From an uncultured Fibrobacterota bacterium (GTDB lineage Bacteria > Fibrobacterota > Chitinivibrionia > Chitinivibrionales > FEN-1185), in assembly GCA_963729895.1 (NCBI GenBank), contig CAVSQB010000005.1, positions 320,001 to 384,000 on the forward strand: a DNA stretch of 64,000 nt. Reading direction: 5' to 3'. Both the position numbers and the translations under genes were made by a program. The notes below the pieces were generated by a model. The model was given only the letters and a program-made list of their open reading frames with translations. It was not told the DNA's origin and did no database searches. Below are positions 1-11,314 of the stretch, one piece after another (the stretch's first letter is position 1; the number at the start of each line of letters is the position of its first letter).

Positions 1-2
1 TC

Positions 3-431
3 ATCGAAGAGAAACTCAAGTTCATGCGCATGGAATTGTATGATATCAAGTACGTTCCGGCGGGCAGGCATTCAGTGCTGCGGGTGTTTATCGATAAGGA
101 AGGCGGCGTCACCATTGACGATTGCGAAGATGCGAGCCGGGAAATCTCCATGCTGCTCGACGTGGAAAATTTCTCCGACACCCCGTACTCCCTGGAGGTT
201 TCGTCGCCCGGCGCGGACAGGCCGCTTGCCACGCAGAGGGATTTTGTGAAGGTGGTGGGCCAGTACGTCCGCCTGGAACTCAAGTCCGCGGAAAAGCAGA
301 AGCCTGTGCTGGTTGGCAAATGCCTTTCCTGCGCCGACAACGTGGTCACCGTGGAAGGCGACGACGGCGCCGAAAGGAAGATCCCGCTCGACCAGATTGC
401 AAAAGGGAAACTGGACATCCGTTTCAAATAA
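3..431 (+). CDS. rimP: Ribosome maturation factor RimP (5' end runs off the window)
   Basis: LRVFIDK-GGVTIDDC and YSLEVSSPGADRPL motifs; frame open from position 3; directly upstream of nusA. Confidence 0.95.
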   Translation: MEEKLKFMRMELYDIKYVPAGRHSVLRVFIDKEGGVTIDDCEDASREISMLLDVENFSDTPYSLEVSSPGADRPLATQRDFVKVVGQYVRLELKSAEKQKPVLVGKCLSCADNVVTVEGDDGAERKIPLDQIAKGKLDIRFK

Positions 432-451
432 ATCTTAAAAGGAAACAGACC

Positions 452-1837
452 ATGAAGAAGAAGAGCAAGAACGAAAATGTCAAAGCCGTCGATATCGCGG
501 CGGCGCTTTCGAGCGTCACCAAGGAGAAGAGCATCAGCATGGACCTTGTTTCCGACACGCTCAGGGACGCGCTTGTCACTGCGGCAAAGCGGTACCTGGG
601 CAAACCCACCAACGTCGAAGCGAAAGTGGAGAAGGAGAAAGGGATCATCGAGGTGTACACGCGCCAGACCGTGGTGGAAGCCATTGTCGATCCGGAAAAG
701 GAAATATCGGTGGAGGAGGCCAAGAAGATTGATCCGGAGCTCGAAGTGGGCGACGAGCTGATGCAGGACCTCGACATCGACTTGTTCGGCCGCGGCGCCA
801 TTCAGACCGCAAAGCAGGTGATCGTGCAGCGCGTGCGCGAAGCCGAGCGAGAAAAGGTGTTCGCCGACTACAGCGAGCGCAAGGGCGAGCTGGTGACCGG
901 CACGGTCCAGCAGATTGACAAAGGGAATATCCTGGTGAACCTGGGCCGCACCGAGGCGCTGTTGCCGTTTAAGGAGCAGATCCGCAAGGAACGGTACCGC
1001 CAGGGCGACCCGATCCGCGGCTGCATCGTGGATGTCAAGAACAATCCCAAGGGCCCGCAGGTGATAATCTCCCGTACCGCGCCCGAGTTCCTGGCGCGGC
1101 TCTTTGAACTCGAGGTGCCGGAGATCTTCGACAAGACGGTGAAGATCGTGAAGGTGGTGCGCGATCCGGGCTTTCGCTCGAAGATCGCCGTCACAACCAC
1201 CGACGACCGGGTGGACCCCGTGGGCGCGTGCGTGGGCATGCGCGGCAACCGTGTGCAGGCCATCGTGCGCGAGCTGTCGAACGAGCGCATCGACATCATC
1301 AACTGGACGGAAGAACTCTCCCTGCTTGTCCGTCGCGTCTTTTCGCCCGCCGAAGTGAAACGCGTGGTGCCCGTGAGCGAAAAAAAGATCGTGGTGATCA
1401 TCCGCGAGGAGGACCTGGCGCAGGCGATCGGCAAAGAGGGCCAGAACATTCGGCTCGCCTCCAAGATGATAGAGAAGGACATCGACGTGTACGGCGACGA
1501 GGAATTCGCCGCCTTTACAGAAGAAGAACGCACCGCCATTCTGGCCGGGCTGCCGCTTAAACCCGATGTCGCCCTGGACAAGGAAGCTGCGGCCGAGGAA
1601 GGGGGCGAGACCGAGGAAGTCCGCGACAGCGAATCGCCCAAGGCCGAGGCGGGGGTGGAGCAGGCCACGGAACCTGAGTCGTCCCTGGAGTCACTCGTGG
1701 AGAATGCCGTCGAAGACGAGTCGGAATCCGAACTAGAGATTGATGCGGACAAGGGCCCACCGGCCGGCGAGATCGCCCCCGGAGAAGAGAGCGTCGAAGG
1801 CGGTGACGCCGAGAGCGCGGAAGAGGAAAAAGCATAG
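452..1837 (+). CDS. nusA: Transcription termination/antitermination factor NusA with acidic C-terminal tail
   Basis: FGRGAIQTAKQ, S1 and KH domains (VGACVGMRG, AIGKEGQN); ATG at 452 after AAGGA. Confidence 0.97.
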   Translation: MKKKSKNENVKAVDIAAALSSVTKEKSISMDLVSDTLRDALVTAAKRYLGKPTNVEAKVEKEKGIIEVYTRQTVVEAIVDPEKEISVEEAKKIDPELEVGDELMQDLDIDLFGRGAIQTAKQVIVQRVREAEREKVFADYSERKGELVTGTVQQIDKGNILVNLGRTEALLPFKEQIRKERYRQGDPIRGCIVDVKNNPKGPQVIISRTAPEFLARLFELEVPEIFDKTVKIVKVVRDPGFRSKIAVTTTDDRVDPVGACVGMRGNRVQAIVRELSNERIDIINWTEELSLLVRRVFSPAEVKRVVPVSEKKIVVIIREEDLAQAIGKEGQNIRLASKMIEKDIDVYGDEEFAAFTEEERTAILAGLPLKPDVALDKEAAAEEGGETEEVRDSESPKAEAGVEQATEPESSLESLVENAVEDESESELEIDADKGPPAGEIAPGEESVEGGDAESAEEEKA

Positions 1838-1898
1838 TGCAAGGGCGCCCGCCCGCACAGGGCCGGCGTGCCGCGTTACAAACCAGCAGAGGTTAATC

Positions 1899-4313
1899 AT
1901 GGCTAAAGAAAAAGTGTACAAACTCGCTCAGGAATTCAAAGTGTCGAGCGAGGCGCTCGTCCAGATGCTTCGTCAGATGGGGATTCCCGTCAAGAGCCAC
2001 ATGAGCACGGTTGACGAAAATCTTCGAGACGAGATAAAGAAGAAATTCGAATCGGAACGGGCCGAGATCAAGAAGGAGTACGAGCGTAAGAAGCAGATGA
2101 TTGTAAAGGCTAAGGAGGATCTGCTTACCAAAACAGAAAAGCCCGAGGTCGCGCTCGAGCAGCCGGCGGGAATCAAGAAACCGGCTCCTGCGCCCGCTGC
2201 CGCTATTGCGGCCGAGGAACACCGCGAAAAGGAGCGTCGGCTCCGCAACCGTGAATTTGCGGCCGCGGAATTCCGTCGTGACGAGGCCGCGCCGAGGATC
2301 AAGAGCATGGCCTTTATGCCCGTTGCCGCTCCCACGGAGGGCGCTCCCCCGTCGTCGGCCGGCAAGCAGGACTCGAGGCCGTCGTTCAAGAAGGGAAAAA
2401 AGAAGGGCGGCAGAAAGAAACCTGAACGGCCTGAAATTGACGAGATGCAACTGAAGGCGAATGTCAAGAAAACCCTTGCCAGGATCGGCAGCGGCTCGGA
2501 GCGCAAGAAATACAAGAAAGAGGCGCGTCCCAAGGATGAAAGTGTCGAAGCGGAGAAGAAAATACTTAACGTGAGCGAGTTCGTGACGGTGGCCGAGCTT
2601 GCCAACATGATGCAGGCGGCTGTATCGGAGGTGATCGCCAAGTGTCTTGAACTCGGCTTGTTTGTTACTATAAATCAACGTCTTGATTTCGAGACCATAG
2701 AGCTTGTCGCAGACGAGTTCGGGTTCACCGCGCAACTGATGACCGAATACGCAACGGAAAGCGAAGACACCGAGGATGATCTCGCGAGTGGAAAACTTGA
2801 GCCGCGCGCCCCCGTGGTGACAGTTATGGGACACGTGGACCATGGCAAAACATCGTTGCTCGACTACATTCGCAAGACCAACGTCATTGCGGGCGAAGCC
2901 GGCGGCATAACCCAGCACATTGCAGCATACGAAGTGGTCACGCCGCACGGCACCGTTACCTTTCTTGACACTCCGGGCCACGAAGCGTTTACCGCCATGC
3001 GTGCGCGCGGATCGCAGATCACCGATGTTATTGTTCTGATCGTCGCAGCCGATGCGGGCGTCATGCCGCAGACCAAGGAAGCCATCGACCACGCGCGCGC
3101 TGCAAACGTGCCGCTCGTAGTTGCCATTAACAAGGTAGATTTGCCTACCGCCAACATCGACCGGGTAAAGAGCGAACTTGCGCAGTACAACGTACTTGTC
3201 GAGGATTACGGCGGCCAGGTAACCTGTGTGGAAATGTCGGCGAAGACCGGCAAGGGCGTAGACAAACTGCTGGAGATATTGTCTCTCGAAACGCAGATCA
3301 TGGAACTCAAGGCCAACCCCGAGGGGCAGGCGCGAGGCGTTGTAATAGAATCGGAACTTGACAAAGGCAGGGGTCCCGTGGCGACGGTGCTGATCCAGAA
3401 GGGCACACTTGTCAAAGGCGACGCGTTTGTCACCGGCATGCATTACGGACGCGTGCGCGACCTGTTCAACGACCGCGGCGCCGTGGTCGATAAGGCGCGC
3501 CCCTCGCAGCCGGTGCTTGTGCTCGGGCTGTCGGGCACGCCGCAGGCCGGCGATTCGTTCCGGGTGGTGGCCGACGAAAAAGAGGCGCGCGAGATAGGGG
3601 CGCGCAGGCGGCTGGCGCAGAAAGAGCGTGAGCTCCGCAAGATGGGCGGCGTATCGCTCGATCATCTGTACGAGCAGATCAAGGCGGGAAGCGTCAAAAC
3701 GCTCAATCTCATCATCAAGGGAGACGTTGACGGATCGGTCGAAGCGCTCGCTTCGTCGCTGGAGAAACTGTCCACCGACGAAATCAAGATCCGCGTCATC
3801 CACAAAAGCGTAGGCGCGATCAAGGAATCGGACATCAACCTCGCGGTTGCGTCGACGGCAATCATCATCGGCTTCCATTTAAGCCCCAACAGCAAGATCC
3901 GCGAACTTGCTAAAAAAGAGGGCGTCGATATCCGCACCTACCGCATCATCTACGAGGCGATCGAGGCGATGAAGAAGGCCATGGAGGGAATGCTCGAACC
4001 CGAAATCAAGGAAAACGTCACGGCACAGATCGAGGTGCGACAGGTCTTCAAGGTGTCGAAAGTGGGTATCATCGCGGGTTGCTTTGTGGTGTCGGGAACC
4101 GTCAAGAACGGCAGCAAGGCCCGCCTGATCCGCGACGACGTGGAAATCGCCGACTCCAAGATCTCCTCGCTGCGCAGGCTTAAGGACGACGTGCGCGAAG
4201 TGGCCGCCGGTTTCGAATGCGGATTGACATTGGAGGGTTTTTCGGAGTACCGGGAAAAAGACCGCGTGGAAGTCTACGAGGAAGTGCAGGTTCCGAGGAA
4301 GTTGTCACTGTAG
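1899..4313 (+). CDS. infB: Translation initiation factor IF-2
   Basis: [13 protein letters not shown] and NKVD GTPase motifs; ATG at 1899 after GAGG. Confidence 0.98.
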   Translation: MAKEKVYKLAQEFKVSSEALVQMLRQMGIPVKSHMSTVDENLRDEIKKKFESERAEIKKEYERKKQMIVKAKEDLLTKTEKPEVALEQPAGIKKPAPAPAAAIAAEEHREKERRLRNREFAAAEFRRDEAAPRIKSMAFMPVAAPTEGAPPSSAGKQDSRPSFKKGKKKGGRKKPERPEIDEMQLKANVKKTLARIGSGSERKKYKKEARPKDESVEAEKKILNVSEFVTVAELANMMQAAVSEVIAKCLELGLFVTINQRLDFETIELVADEFGFTAQLMTEYATESEDTEDDLASGKLEPRAPVVTVMGHVDHGKTSLLDYIRKTNVIAGEAGGITQHIAAYEVVTPHGTVTFLDTPGHEAFTAMRARGSQITDVIVLIVAADAGVMPQTKEAIDHARAANVPLVVAINKVDLPTANIDRVKSELAQYNVLVEDYGGQVTCVEMSAKTGKGVDKLLEILSLETQIMELKANPEGQARGVVIESELDKGRGPVATVLIQKGTLVKGDAFVTGMHYGRVRDLFNDRGAVVDKARPSQPVLVLGLSGTPQAGDSFRVVADEKEAREIGARRRLAQKERELRKMGGVSLDHLYEQIKAGSVKTLNLIIKGDVDGSVEALASSLEKLSTDEIKIRVIHKSVGAIKESDINLAVASTAIIIGFHLSPNSKIRELAKKEGVDIRTYRIIYEAIEAMKKAMEGMLEPEIKENVTAQIEVRQVFKVSKVGIIAGCFVVSGTVKNGSKARLIRDDVEIADSKISSLRRLKDDVREVAAGFECGLTLEGFSEYREKDRVEVYEEVQVPRKLSL

Positions 4314-4326
4314 GATCGGCGATCCC

Positions 4327-4677
4327 ATGAACTGGCACGTTGAACGGTTGCGCGAAGAAATCCGCAAAGAACTCGGCCTGGCGATTGCCGAGCAGATGCG
4401 CGATCCCCGGATCCCGGACGTGGTGACGATCACCGAGGTCCGCCTTGCCCCCGACTGCCGCAACGCAACCGTGCTGGTGAGCGTGTTGGGCGACGACAAG
4501 GCGAAAAAAGAGGCCATCGGCGTGCTCAACCACGCGGCGCCGTTTCTCCAGCACATCGTTGCGAAGCGGATCGTCATGAAATTCATCCCCAAATTATACT
4601 TCAAGCTCGACAAATCGCTTGAAGACAGCGAACGCATGAGCAACCTCTTCAAAGAAATCCAAGATGACCTGGCCTGA
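4327..4677 (+). CDS. rbfA: Ribosome-binding factor A
   Basis: DPRI..VTITEV..D...A and PKLYF..D motifs; position after infB. Confidence 0.93.
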   Translation: MNWHVERLREEIRKELGLAIAEQMRDPRIPDVVTITEVRLAPDCRNATVLVSVLGDDKAKKEAIGVLNHAAPFLQHIVAKRIVMKFIPKLYFKLDKSLEDSERMSNLFKEIQDDLA

Positions 4678-5617
4678 ACTCGATGCCGCCATCGCGTCGA
4701 ACACAACCTTCCTTCTTTCGTCCCATGAGGGCCTCGACGGCGACTCCATCGGGTCGCAACTGGCCGTGTACTGGTACCTCACGTCGCTTTCCAAACGCGT
4801 GACGGTGTACAATAACGACGCGCTGCCGGACAAATTCAAATTTCTCACCAACGGCGGCGTGCTTGCCAACCGGCGGCCGCGGGGCCCGTTCGACGTGTGC
4901 GTCGTGCTCGACTGCTCCAATCCGGCCCGTCTGGGCTGGGAGCAGCTTTCGGACATGGGTTCCTATATTGTCAACATAGACCATCACCGCGACAACGTGC
5001 TGTTCGGCTCGCTTAATATCGTGAAGAAAGACGGCGCCGCAACCGGCCAGATCATCTACGATTATTTGACATACAAGAAGGTTGCGTATCCGCCGCACGT
5101 GGCCGAGGCCCTGTACGCGGCCGTCATGACCGACACGGGCGCATTCCGGTTTTCCAACACCACCGGCACCATTTTGCGGATGTGCGCCGACCTGTGCGAC
5201 CGCGGCGCGGACCCGTCCCGCATCTACGACAAGGTGTACGCATCATTTTCCCCGGGCGGGTTGCTCCTGCAGTCAAGGATCTGGTCGACGCTGGCGTTTT
5301 ACCACGGCGGCGCCATATGCTCCATGGAAATGCCCTACAGTCTCATCGAGGAACTGGGCGCAACTTACGGCGATTCCGAAGGCATGGCAGATTTCACCAT
5401 CATGGGCGCGGGCGTCGAGGTGGGGATGCTCATCAAATACGACGAGAAGGAAACGCATTTTTCCCTTCGGTCAAAAGGCCGCGTCGACGTGGGAAGGATC
5501 GCGGCCGGCGTCCGGGGAGGCGGCGGCCACCAGGGCGCGGCCGGGTGCACCATGACGCTGCCGTGCAAAGAGGCCAAGGCCCGCATGCTCGACATCATTA
5601 CACGGGAGCTTCCCTAG
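4664..5617 (+). CDS. DHH/DHHA1 phosphoesterase (NrnA-like oligoribonuclease/PAP phosphatase)
   Basis: DGD, NIDHH, TDTG, SLRS and GGGH motifs; typical rbfA-DHH-truB context. Confidence 0.92.
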   Translation: MTWPELDAAIASNTTFLLSSHEGLDGDSIGSQLAVYWYLTSLSKRVTVYNNDALPDKFKFLTNGGVLANRRPRGPFDVCVVLDCSNPARLGWEQLSDMGSYIVNIDHHRDNVLFGSLNIVKKDGAATGQIIYDYLTYKKVAYPPHVAEALYAAVMTDTGAFRFSNTTGTILRMCADLCDRGADPSRIYDKVYASFSPGGLLLQSRIWSTLAFYHGGAICSMEMPYSLIEELGATYGDSEGMADFTIMGAGVEVGMLIKYDEKETHFSLRSKGRVDVGRIAAGVRGGGGHQGAAGCTMTLPCKEAKARMLDIITRELP

Positions 5618-5620
5618 CCC

Positions 5621-6484
5621 GTGGACGGTTTCCTTTTTGTCGACAAGGCCCCCGGTCCCACGTCGTTCGACGTGGTGCGGCAGGTGCGCAGGCTTTTGGG
5701 GGGCGTCAAGACGGGCCACGCGGGCACGCTCGATCCCCTGGCAAGCGGGCTCCTTATCTGCGCGGTTGGTAATGCCACCAGGCTCCTGCCGTACGTGCCC
5801 GCGGAACCCAAACGCTACGCGTTCGGCATGAGGTTCGGCTCCGAAACCGACACACTTGACAGCGAGGGAGCCGTGGTCGCGCAGGGAGGCAGGGTTCCCG
5901 GCCGCAGCGAGGTTGAGGCGGTCCTGGCGCGGTTTTCCGGGGCGATTTCCCAGGTTCCGCCAAAATTCTCTGCTGTCAATGTCGGCGGTGAACGCGCCTA
6001 CCGTCTGGCGAGGAAGAAACTCGACTTCCGCCTTGCGCCCCGCACCATAACGGTGTTCTCGCTCGCGCTCACGACGTTCGATGAAGCCGCGGGAGATGCG
6101 GTCCTCGACGTGAGGTGCTCCGGCGGCACGTACGTGCGTTCCCTGGTGAAAGACATCGCTTCCGCTCTGGGGACGCTGGCCTACGCGTCGCGTATCCGGC
6201 GGCTGGCCGTAGGGCCGTTTACGGTGGATAAGGCGGTGCCCGTCGACACGCTGGCCGTGGACGCCGGCCGTCACGTGATGCCCGTCAGGCAGGCGCTTGC
6301 GGCGCTTCCGGCAGTTACGGTGAACGCGGAGCAGTGCGGCGCGTTGGCGATGGGGCGCAACATCAGGCTTGACATGGCGGACAAGACCGTGATCGCTTAC
6401 AGGGAGAACGGCGAGGTCGCGGCGGTGCTGACAAAAGGTGAAGAGGGATCGTTTCATCCGAGGAAAGTCTTCGTGCGGAGTTGA
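5621..6484 (+). CDS. truB: tRNA pseudouridine(55) synthase
   Basis: GHAGTLDPLASG, PPKFSA and GTYVRSL motifs; GTG start. Confidence 0.96.
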   Translation: MDGFLFVDKAPGPTSFDVVRQVRRLLGGVKTGHAGTLDPLASGLLICAVGNATRLLPYVPAEPKRYAFGMRFGSETDTLDSEGAVVAQGGRVPGRSEVEAVLARFSGAISQVPPKFSAVNVGGERAYRLARKKLDFRLAPRTITVFSLALTTFDEAAGDAVLDVRCSGGTYVRSLVKDIASALGTLAYASRIRRLAVGPFTVDKAVPVDTLAVDAGRHVMPVRQALAALPAVTVNAEQCGALAMGRNIRLDMADKTVIAYRENGEVAAVLTKGEEGSFHPRKVFVRS

Positions 6485-6508
6485 CATCATTCGCAGATGC
6501 CAGTCCGA

Positions 6509-6601
6509 GCCCCCTAAATCCCCCGAAGGGGGACTTATTGGAAGAGATGTTCTAAGGCAAAGTCAAAACTTCCCAAGTCCCCTTCGGGGGATTTAGGGGG
6601 C
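6509..6601. repeat. REPIN/MITE-like palindromic doublet, family B copy 1
   Basis: GCCCCCTAAATCCCCCGAAGGGGGACTT and its inverted copy AAGTCCCCTTCGGGGGATTTAGGGGGC; second copy at 46802. Confidence 0.85.
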
Positions 6602-6681
6602 GAGCAAGACGTAGAGAAAGGAAAATCTAATCTTGACATGGGCAGGGAACGCCCTTGATTAATTAAGAATAGTAGAGCATT

Positions 6682-7629
6682 ATGAATCTCATCCATTATC
6701 AGAATCTCCCCAAATCCGTCACCGCCTCCGTCGTGTCTGTCGGCAACTTCGACGGCATTCACCGCGGCCACGAAGTCCTCATCCGGGAAGTGGTAAAACG
6801 GGCCAAAAAAAACGGCCTCACCTGCATCATCGTGACCTTTGAGCCTCACACCAGATCCGTGCTGGCACCGGGTTCCTACCAGCCCATACTGTCGACTCTG
6901 GAAGAAAAGGCGTTTCTGCTGGAGCCGTACGGCGTCGACTACCTCGCCTACATCCCGTTCAACGAATCGTTTGCCAAAACCTCGCCCCAGGACTTTGTGC
7001 AAAAGGTCCTGGTTGAAACCCTGCGCGCAAAGGAGTTGGTGATGGGTGAGCACCATACCTTCGGCAGGGGGCATCTGGGGAACAAAAACTTTTTGCAGTC
7101 GGACATGGGCAGGAACCATATTACTATATTTCCGGTCGGTTCCCTCATGCTGCGGGAAACCGTGGTTTCATCCACGGAGATACGCAAAAGGATCGTGGAC
7201 GGCGAGCTGGAGGAAGCGGTTGCATTGCTTGGGCGCCCGTATCTCGTGTCCGTTCAAAGAGTCTCCGGGATTCAAAAAGGATCGCAACTGGGAATTCCAA
7301 CCCTAAATTTTGCCAGACCTTCCGCGAATAAAGTCCTTCCGCCCCCCGGTGTGTACGCCGCCATGCTGGAGCATGGGGAAAAGAAATGGCAAGGGGCTTT
7401 CTATTGCGGAGACTGTCCGACCTTTTCCAACCGTGATTTTCACCTCGAATTCCACGAGTTCGATTTCACCGGCGAGGTTCCCGGCGAAGGCCAGACGGCG
7501 CACCTGTGGGTGCATTCCCTTGTACGCAGGGACGCCGCGTTTGCCACGGAAGGCGAGCTGGTACGGCAGATGAAAAAAGACGTGACCGACATACAAAACT
7601 TTTTTGCAGGAGATGCACTATGCCGATAA
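6682..7629 (+). CDS. ribF: Bifunctional FAD synthetase/riboflavin kinase
   Basis: [30 protein letters not shown] and GVYA motifs. Confidence 0.93.
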   Translation: MNLIHYQNLPKSVTASVVSVGNFDGIHRGHEVLIREVVKRAKKNGLTCIIVTFEPHTRSVLAPGSYQPILSTLEEKAFLLEPYGVDYLAYIPFNESFAKTSPQDFVQKVLVETLRAKELVMGEHHTFGRGHLGNKNFLQSDMGRNHITIFPVGSLMLRETVVSSTEIRKRIVDGELEEAVALLGRPYLVSVQRVSGIQKGSQLGIPTLNFARPSANKVLPPPGVYAAMLEHGEKKWQGAFYCGDCPTFSNRDFHLEFHEFDFTGEVPGEGQTAHLWVHSLVRRDAAFATEGELVRQMKKDVTDIQNFFAGDALCR

Positions 7630-7889
7630 CCAAGGATCGTAATCGGGCGATCATCAAGGAGTACGGGAAAAGCGAGGCCGACTCGGGAGACACGGGAGTC
7701 CAGGTCGCGCTGCTCACGGAGCGGATCAATTTTCTTACCAATCACGCCAAAGACCACGTCAAAGACCATCATTCGCGGCAGGGGCTGCTCAAGCTGGTGG
7801 GACAGAGGAAATCCATGCTTGACTTCCTCAAGAATCGCGATGTCGAAAAGTACAGACTGCTCATCAAAAAACTTAACATCAGAAAGTAG
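7620..7889 (+). CDS. rpsO: 30S ribosomal protein S15
   Basis: 89 aa; QVALLT.RI..L..H and [15 protein letters not shown] motifs. Confidence 0.97.
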   Translation: MPITKDRNRAIIKEYGKSEADSGDTGVQVALLTERINFLTNHAKDHVKDHHSRQGLLKLVGQRKSMLDFLKNRDVEKYRLLIKKLNIRK

Positions 7890-7925
7890 ACCCGGTAGCG
7901 GACGAACTGCTTTCAGGAGAGATTC

Positions 7926-10055
7926 ATGAGTTATCAGAAAGTCGATGCAATCATCGGCGGAGTAAACGTTTCCATCGAGACCGGCCGTTTTGCAAAACAG
8001 GCCGGCGGCGCCGCAATGGCCAGGATAGGCGACACCATGGTGCTGTCAACCGCCTGCGCGGGCAACGAGCTCGCGAATTCCGATTTTTTTCCCCTCACCG
8101 TTGAGTACATTGCGAAAACGTACGCGGCCGGGAAGATCCCCGGCGGGTACTTCAAGCGCGAAGGAAAGCCGACCGAAAAAGAAGTGCTGAGCGCGCGGCT
8201 CATCGACCGTCCCATCCGCCCGCTCTTCCCCAAGACCTACAAGAACGAATTGCAGATCATCAACCTCGTGATATCGGCCGACGAAACCTACGACGCCGAC
8301 GTCATGGCGATCACCGCAGCCTCGTGCGCGCTGTGCCTGTCCGACATACCGTTCCTCATGCCCATCGCGGCCGTCCGCGTGGGCCTCATCGACGGCGCGC
8401 TCAAGGTGTTTCCCACGCTTGCCGAATCGGAAACCGGCTCGCTGTCGCTCATTGTGGCCGGTTCCGAGGATTCCATCGTGATGGTCGAAGGGCACGGCTC
8501 CGAGGTGAAGGAAACCGTCATCGTCGACGCCATCACGCTTGCGCATGTCGAAATAAAGAAGCTTGTGGCGATGCAAAAGGAGCTTGTGGCAAAGGCAGGC
8601 GTCACGCGCGTGCCCTACGTTGCACCCGAAGCCGCCGACGAATCCGCGATCCGCGCCGACGTGTGGGAACTTGTCAAGGACCGCTTTCACGGCATCAGCT
8701 TCAACGGAGACAAGAAGACGCGCTACAAGGGCATCAAGCTGCTTCTCGCCGAGGTGCAGGAGAAGCTCAAGGAGAAATACCCGGAAAAAGAAAAAGTGAT
8801 GGCGGAGGCCCTGCACGACATCGAAAAAGAGGACCTGCGCAAAACCATCCTGGATACGGGCAAGCGCATCGGCGGACGGGACTGCGACACGGTCCGCGAC
8901 ATCACGGTGGAGCTCGACATCCTGCCGCGCGCCCACGGCGCGGCCCTGTTCACGCGAGGAGAGACGCAGTCGCTTGTGTCAACAACGCTCGGCACCAAGC
9001 TCGACCAGCAGCACATCGAAGACATCCAGGGCGAGTATGAAAAATCGTACATGCTGCACTACAATTTCCCGCCGTTCTCCGTGGGCGAGGTAAAGCGCCT
9101 CGGCTCGGTGAGCAGGCGTGAAGTGGGGCACGGCCATCTGGCCGAAGTGTCCCTGGCGCCCATCCTTCCTGATGAAAAGAGTTTCCCGTACACGATCCGC
9201 ATCGTGTCCGAAATTCTGGAATCCAACGGATCGTCCTCCATGGCAACCGTGTGCGGCGGCTCGCTGTCGCTCATGGCGGCAGGCGTGCCGGTCAAGACGC
9301 ACGTGGCGGGCGTTGCCATGGGACTCGTCATGGACGGTTCGCGCCATGCGATCCTCACCGACATCCTGGGCACCGAAGACCATGTGGGCGACATGGACTT
9401 CAAAGTGGCGGGCACGCGGGACGGCGTCACCGCCATCCAGATGGACATCAAGATCGCGGGCGTGACGCCCGAGCTCCTGCGCGAGGCGCTCGCCAAGGCC
9501 AACAGCGCCCGGCTGCACATTCTGGGCATCATGGAGAAGGCGATCCCTGCGCCGCGCAAGGAAATGTCCGAATACGCTCCGCGCATCACCACCATCATGA
9601 TCGACAAAGACAAAATCCGCGAGATCATCGGCCCCGGCGGCAAAGTGGTCCGCGACATCCAGGAAACCACGGGCACCACCATCTTCATCGAAGACGACGG
9701 AAGCGTCCAGGTGGCGGCCGCCAACAAGCAGCAGCGCGATGCGGCGCTTGCCAGGATCAGGGGTATCGTCGCCGAGCCCGAGCTCGGCGCCATCTACGAC
9801 GCAAAAGTCAAGTCCATCGTGGATTTCGGCGCGTTCGTGGAGTATTTGCCGGGCAAGGAAGGCCTGGTGCATATTTCGGAGCTCGACACCAAGCGCGTAG
9901 CGCGCACCGAAGACGTTGTCCAGATGGGCGAAATCATACGCGTCAAGCTCATCGGATTCGACCGTTTCGGAAAAGTGAAGCTTTCCAAAAAAGCGCTTCT
10001 CAGCGCGCAACAGCCGCCGGCTCCAAGTCCGGCGCCTGTGCCTCCGCAACAGTAG
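7926..10055 (+). CDS. pnp: Polyribonucleotide nucleotidyltransferase
   Basis: DFFPLTV, FTRGETQ, ESNGSSSMA, GDMDFKVAG motifs; KH and S1 domains. Confidence 0.98.
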   Translation: MSYQKVDAIIGGVNVSIETGRFAKQAGGAAMARIGDTMVLSTACAGNELANSDFFPLTVEYIAKTYAAGKIPGGYFKREGKPTEKEVLSARLIDRPIRPLFPKTYKNELQIINLVISADETYDADVMAITAASCALCLSDIPFLMPIAAVRVGLIDGALKVFPTLAESETGSLSLIVAGSEDSIVMVEGHGSEVKETVIVDAITLAHVEIKKLVAMQKELVAKAGVTRVPYVAPEAADESAIRADVWELVKDRFHGISFNGDKKTRYKGIKLLLAEVQEKLKEKYPEKEKVMAEALHDIEKEDLRKTILDTGKRIGGRDCDTVRDITVELDILPRAHGAALFTRGETQSLVSTTLGTKLDQQHIEDIQGEYEKSYMLHYNFPPFSVGEVKRLGSVSRREVGHGHLAEVSLAPILPDEKSFPYTIRIVSEILESNGSSSMATVCGGSLSLMAAGVPVKTHVAGVAMGLVMDGSRHAILTDILGTEDHVGDMDFKVAGTRDGVTAIQMDIKIAGVTPELLREALAKANSARLHILGIMEKAIPAPRKEMSEYAPRITTIMIDKDKIREIIGPGGKVVRDIQETTGTTIFIEDDGSVQVAAANKQQRDAALARIRGIVAEPELGAIYDAKVKSIVDFGAFVEYLPGKEGLVHISELDTKRVARTEDVVQMGEIIRVKLIGFDRFGKVKLSKKALLSAQQPPAPSPAPVPPQQ

Positions 10056-10079
10056 CCGCTCACGGTTCGCTGCAATTAC

Positions 10080-10109
10080 AAAGGACGCTTTTTGTTAGGC
10101 GTCCTTTTT
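10080..10109 (+). terminator. Intrinsic terminator after pnp
   Basis: AAAGGACGC...GCGTCCTTTTT stem followed by a T run. Confidence 0.75.
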
Positions 10110-10217
10110 AATTTCAAGTATTCATTATTCGCGTTATGGCAGAAAATTGACTTTTTTTCGCTCACATCGTAATTTGCTCATGCTTCCTCGCTCAAATCGA
10201 CCTGAAAGGGAATTTTC

Positions 10218-10679
10218 TTGCCTAAAAAAGCTTCTCCCAGAATTATCGTCCAGCGCCTTCCGCACGGTGAGGGCCTTCCTTTGCCCGTTCGCATGACAAA
10301 AGGCTCCAGCGGCTGCGACGTGTGCGCGGCTGTCGCTGCGGACGTCGAGTTGCAGCCGTCAAGCCGGGCCCTTGTCCCCACCGGGCTGTGTTTCCAAATC
10401 CCGCAGGGGTACGAAGTACAGGTCCGTTCGCGCTCCGGCCTCGCGATCAAGCACGGCGTGTTCGTGCTCAATTCGCCCGGGACTATCGATTCCGATTACC
10501 GCGGAGAGGTCAAAGTCATCCTTGCCAATGCGGGCAGCGCGCCGTTCACCATCAAACGCGGTGACCGCATTGCCCAGCTCGTGGTTGCTCCCCTGGCGGC
10601 CAATGTTGACTTTACGGAAAGCGGCGCGATCTCGGAGACGGGCAGGGGAGCGGGCGGGTTCGGGCATACCGGGATATAA
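10218..10679 (+). CDS. dut: dUTP diphosphatase
   Basis: [26 protein letters not shown] and [10 protein letters not shown] motifs; TTG start. Confidence 0.96.
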   Translation: MPKKASPRIIVQRLPHGEGLPLPVRMTKGSSGCDVCAAVAADVELQPSSRALVPTGLCFQIPQGYEVQVRSRSGLAIKHGVFVLNSPGTIDSDYRGEVKVILANAGSAPFTIKRGDRIAQLVVAPLAANVDFTESGAISETGRGAGGFGHTGI

Positions 10680-10702
10680 GAGAAGCAGTAATCAAAGGCC
10701 TT

Positions 10703-11230
10703 TGGATGGCTGAGCCAGAAATCATGGTGAACTGGTGCCATTTGATAGCCGTGCCGGGTGGCCCCCCAACGGGTTCATCTGCGAGAATCCAATGCGGTCA
10801 ATGGTTAAGTTCGTGAAAGAAAATCAAAAAATGCTTCCGGTTGGCTGAGCCGGATGACTCCATGGTTGAAGCAAATGGGTCAAGACTTGGGCGCCCCGTC
10901 CCCATCGGGACGGCGGCTTCCTTGCGAGCTCGGCCGTTCGGCCTCGGTGCTTCCTGTCCCTGCCGCTTTCGGCTAGGGATCAGGCAGCACCGCGCTCCAG
11001 CGCGCTTTCCAGTCCGGCCTAGCTCTTGTCAGAGGGTGAATTCCACAATTGTCAAGATCGATCGAATTGAATGGTTGAAAAGGTCAGAAATTGGTTCGGT
11101 TGAGAATTCTGTAACCGGGAGTTTCTACGGTGCGCGCAGCGGGTGGTTCGGGCTTGCCACGGGCACGTCCACGCCGCACCGGCTCGGCAAACCAAAATCG
11201 CATCAGCTCTGGTTCGCCGCACACGCTCGG
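10703..11230 (+). repeat. Modular intergenic element, family A locus 1 (3 left units, structured cargo, X motif, 2 right units)
   Basis: Left units at 10703, 10742 and 10838; X motif at about 11113; right units at 11172 and 11215; about 350 bp homologous to 54359-54719. Confidence 0.85.
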
Positions 11231-11314
11231 CGAGGTATAATAGTCATTTATTCATTGACTATTGAAAACTCTTCTCCGTCATTTGAAACGCCGGAATCGT
11301 TAATCGGTTATCTT

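Noticed and set aside
122..451. N-terminal extensions in the ORF track (nusA from 122, infB from 1740, kinase from 23919, epimerase from 38910, corrinoid protein from 45841)
   Set aside because: They overlap upstream genes. Downstream ATGs with RBS-like sequences or gene-junction positions match the expected protein starts.
1893..3878. Long antisense ORFs (here opposite infB; likewise opposite pnp, the opp genes and the transposases)
   Set aside because: These are shadow frames expected from high GC at third codon positions; the sense-strand genes have clear motifs.
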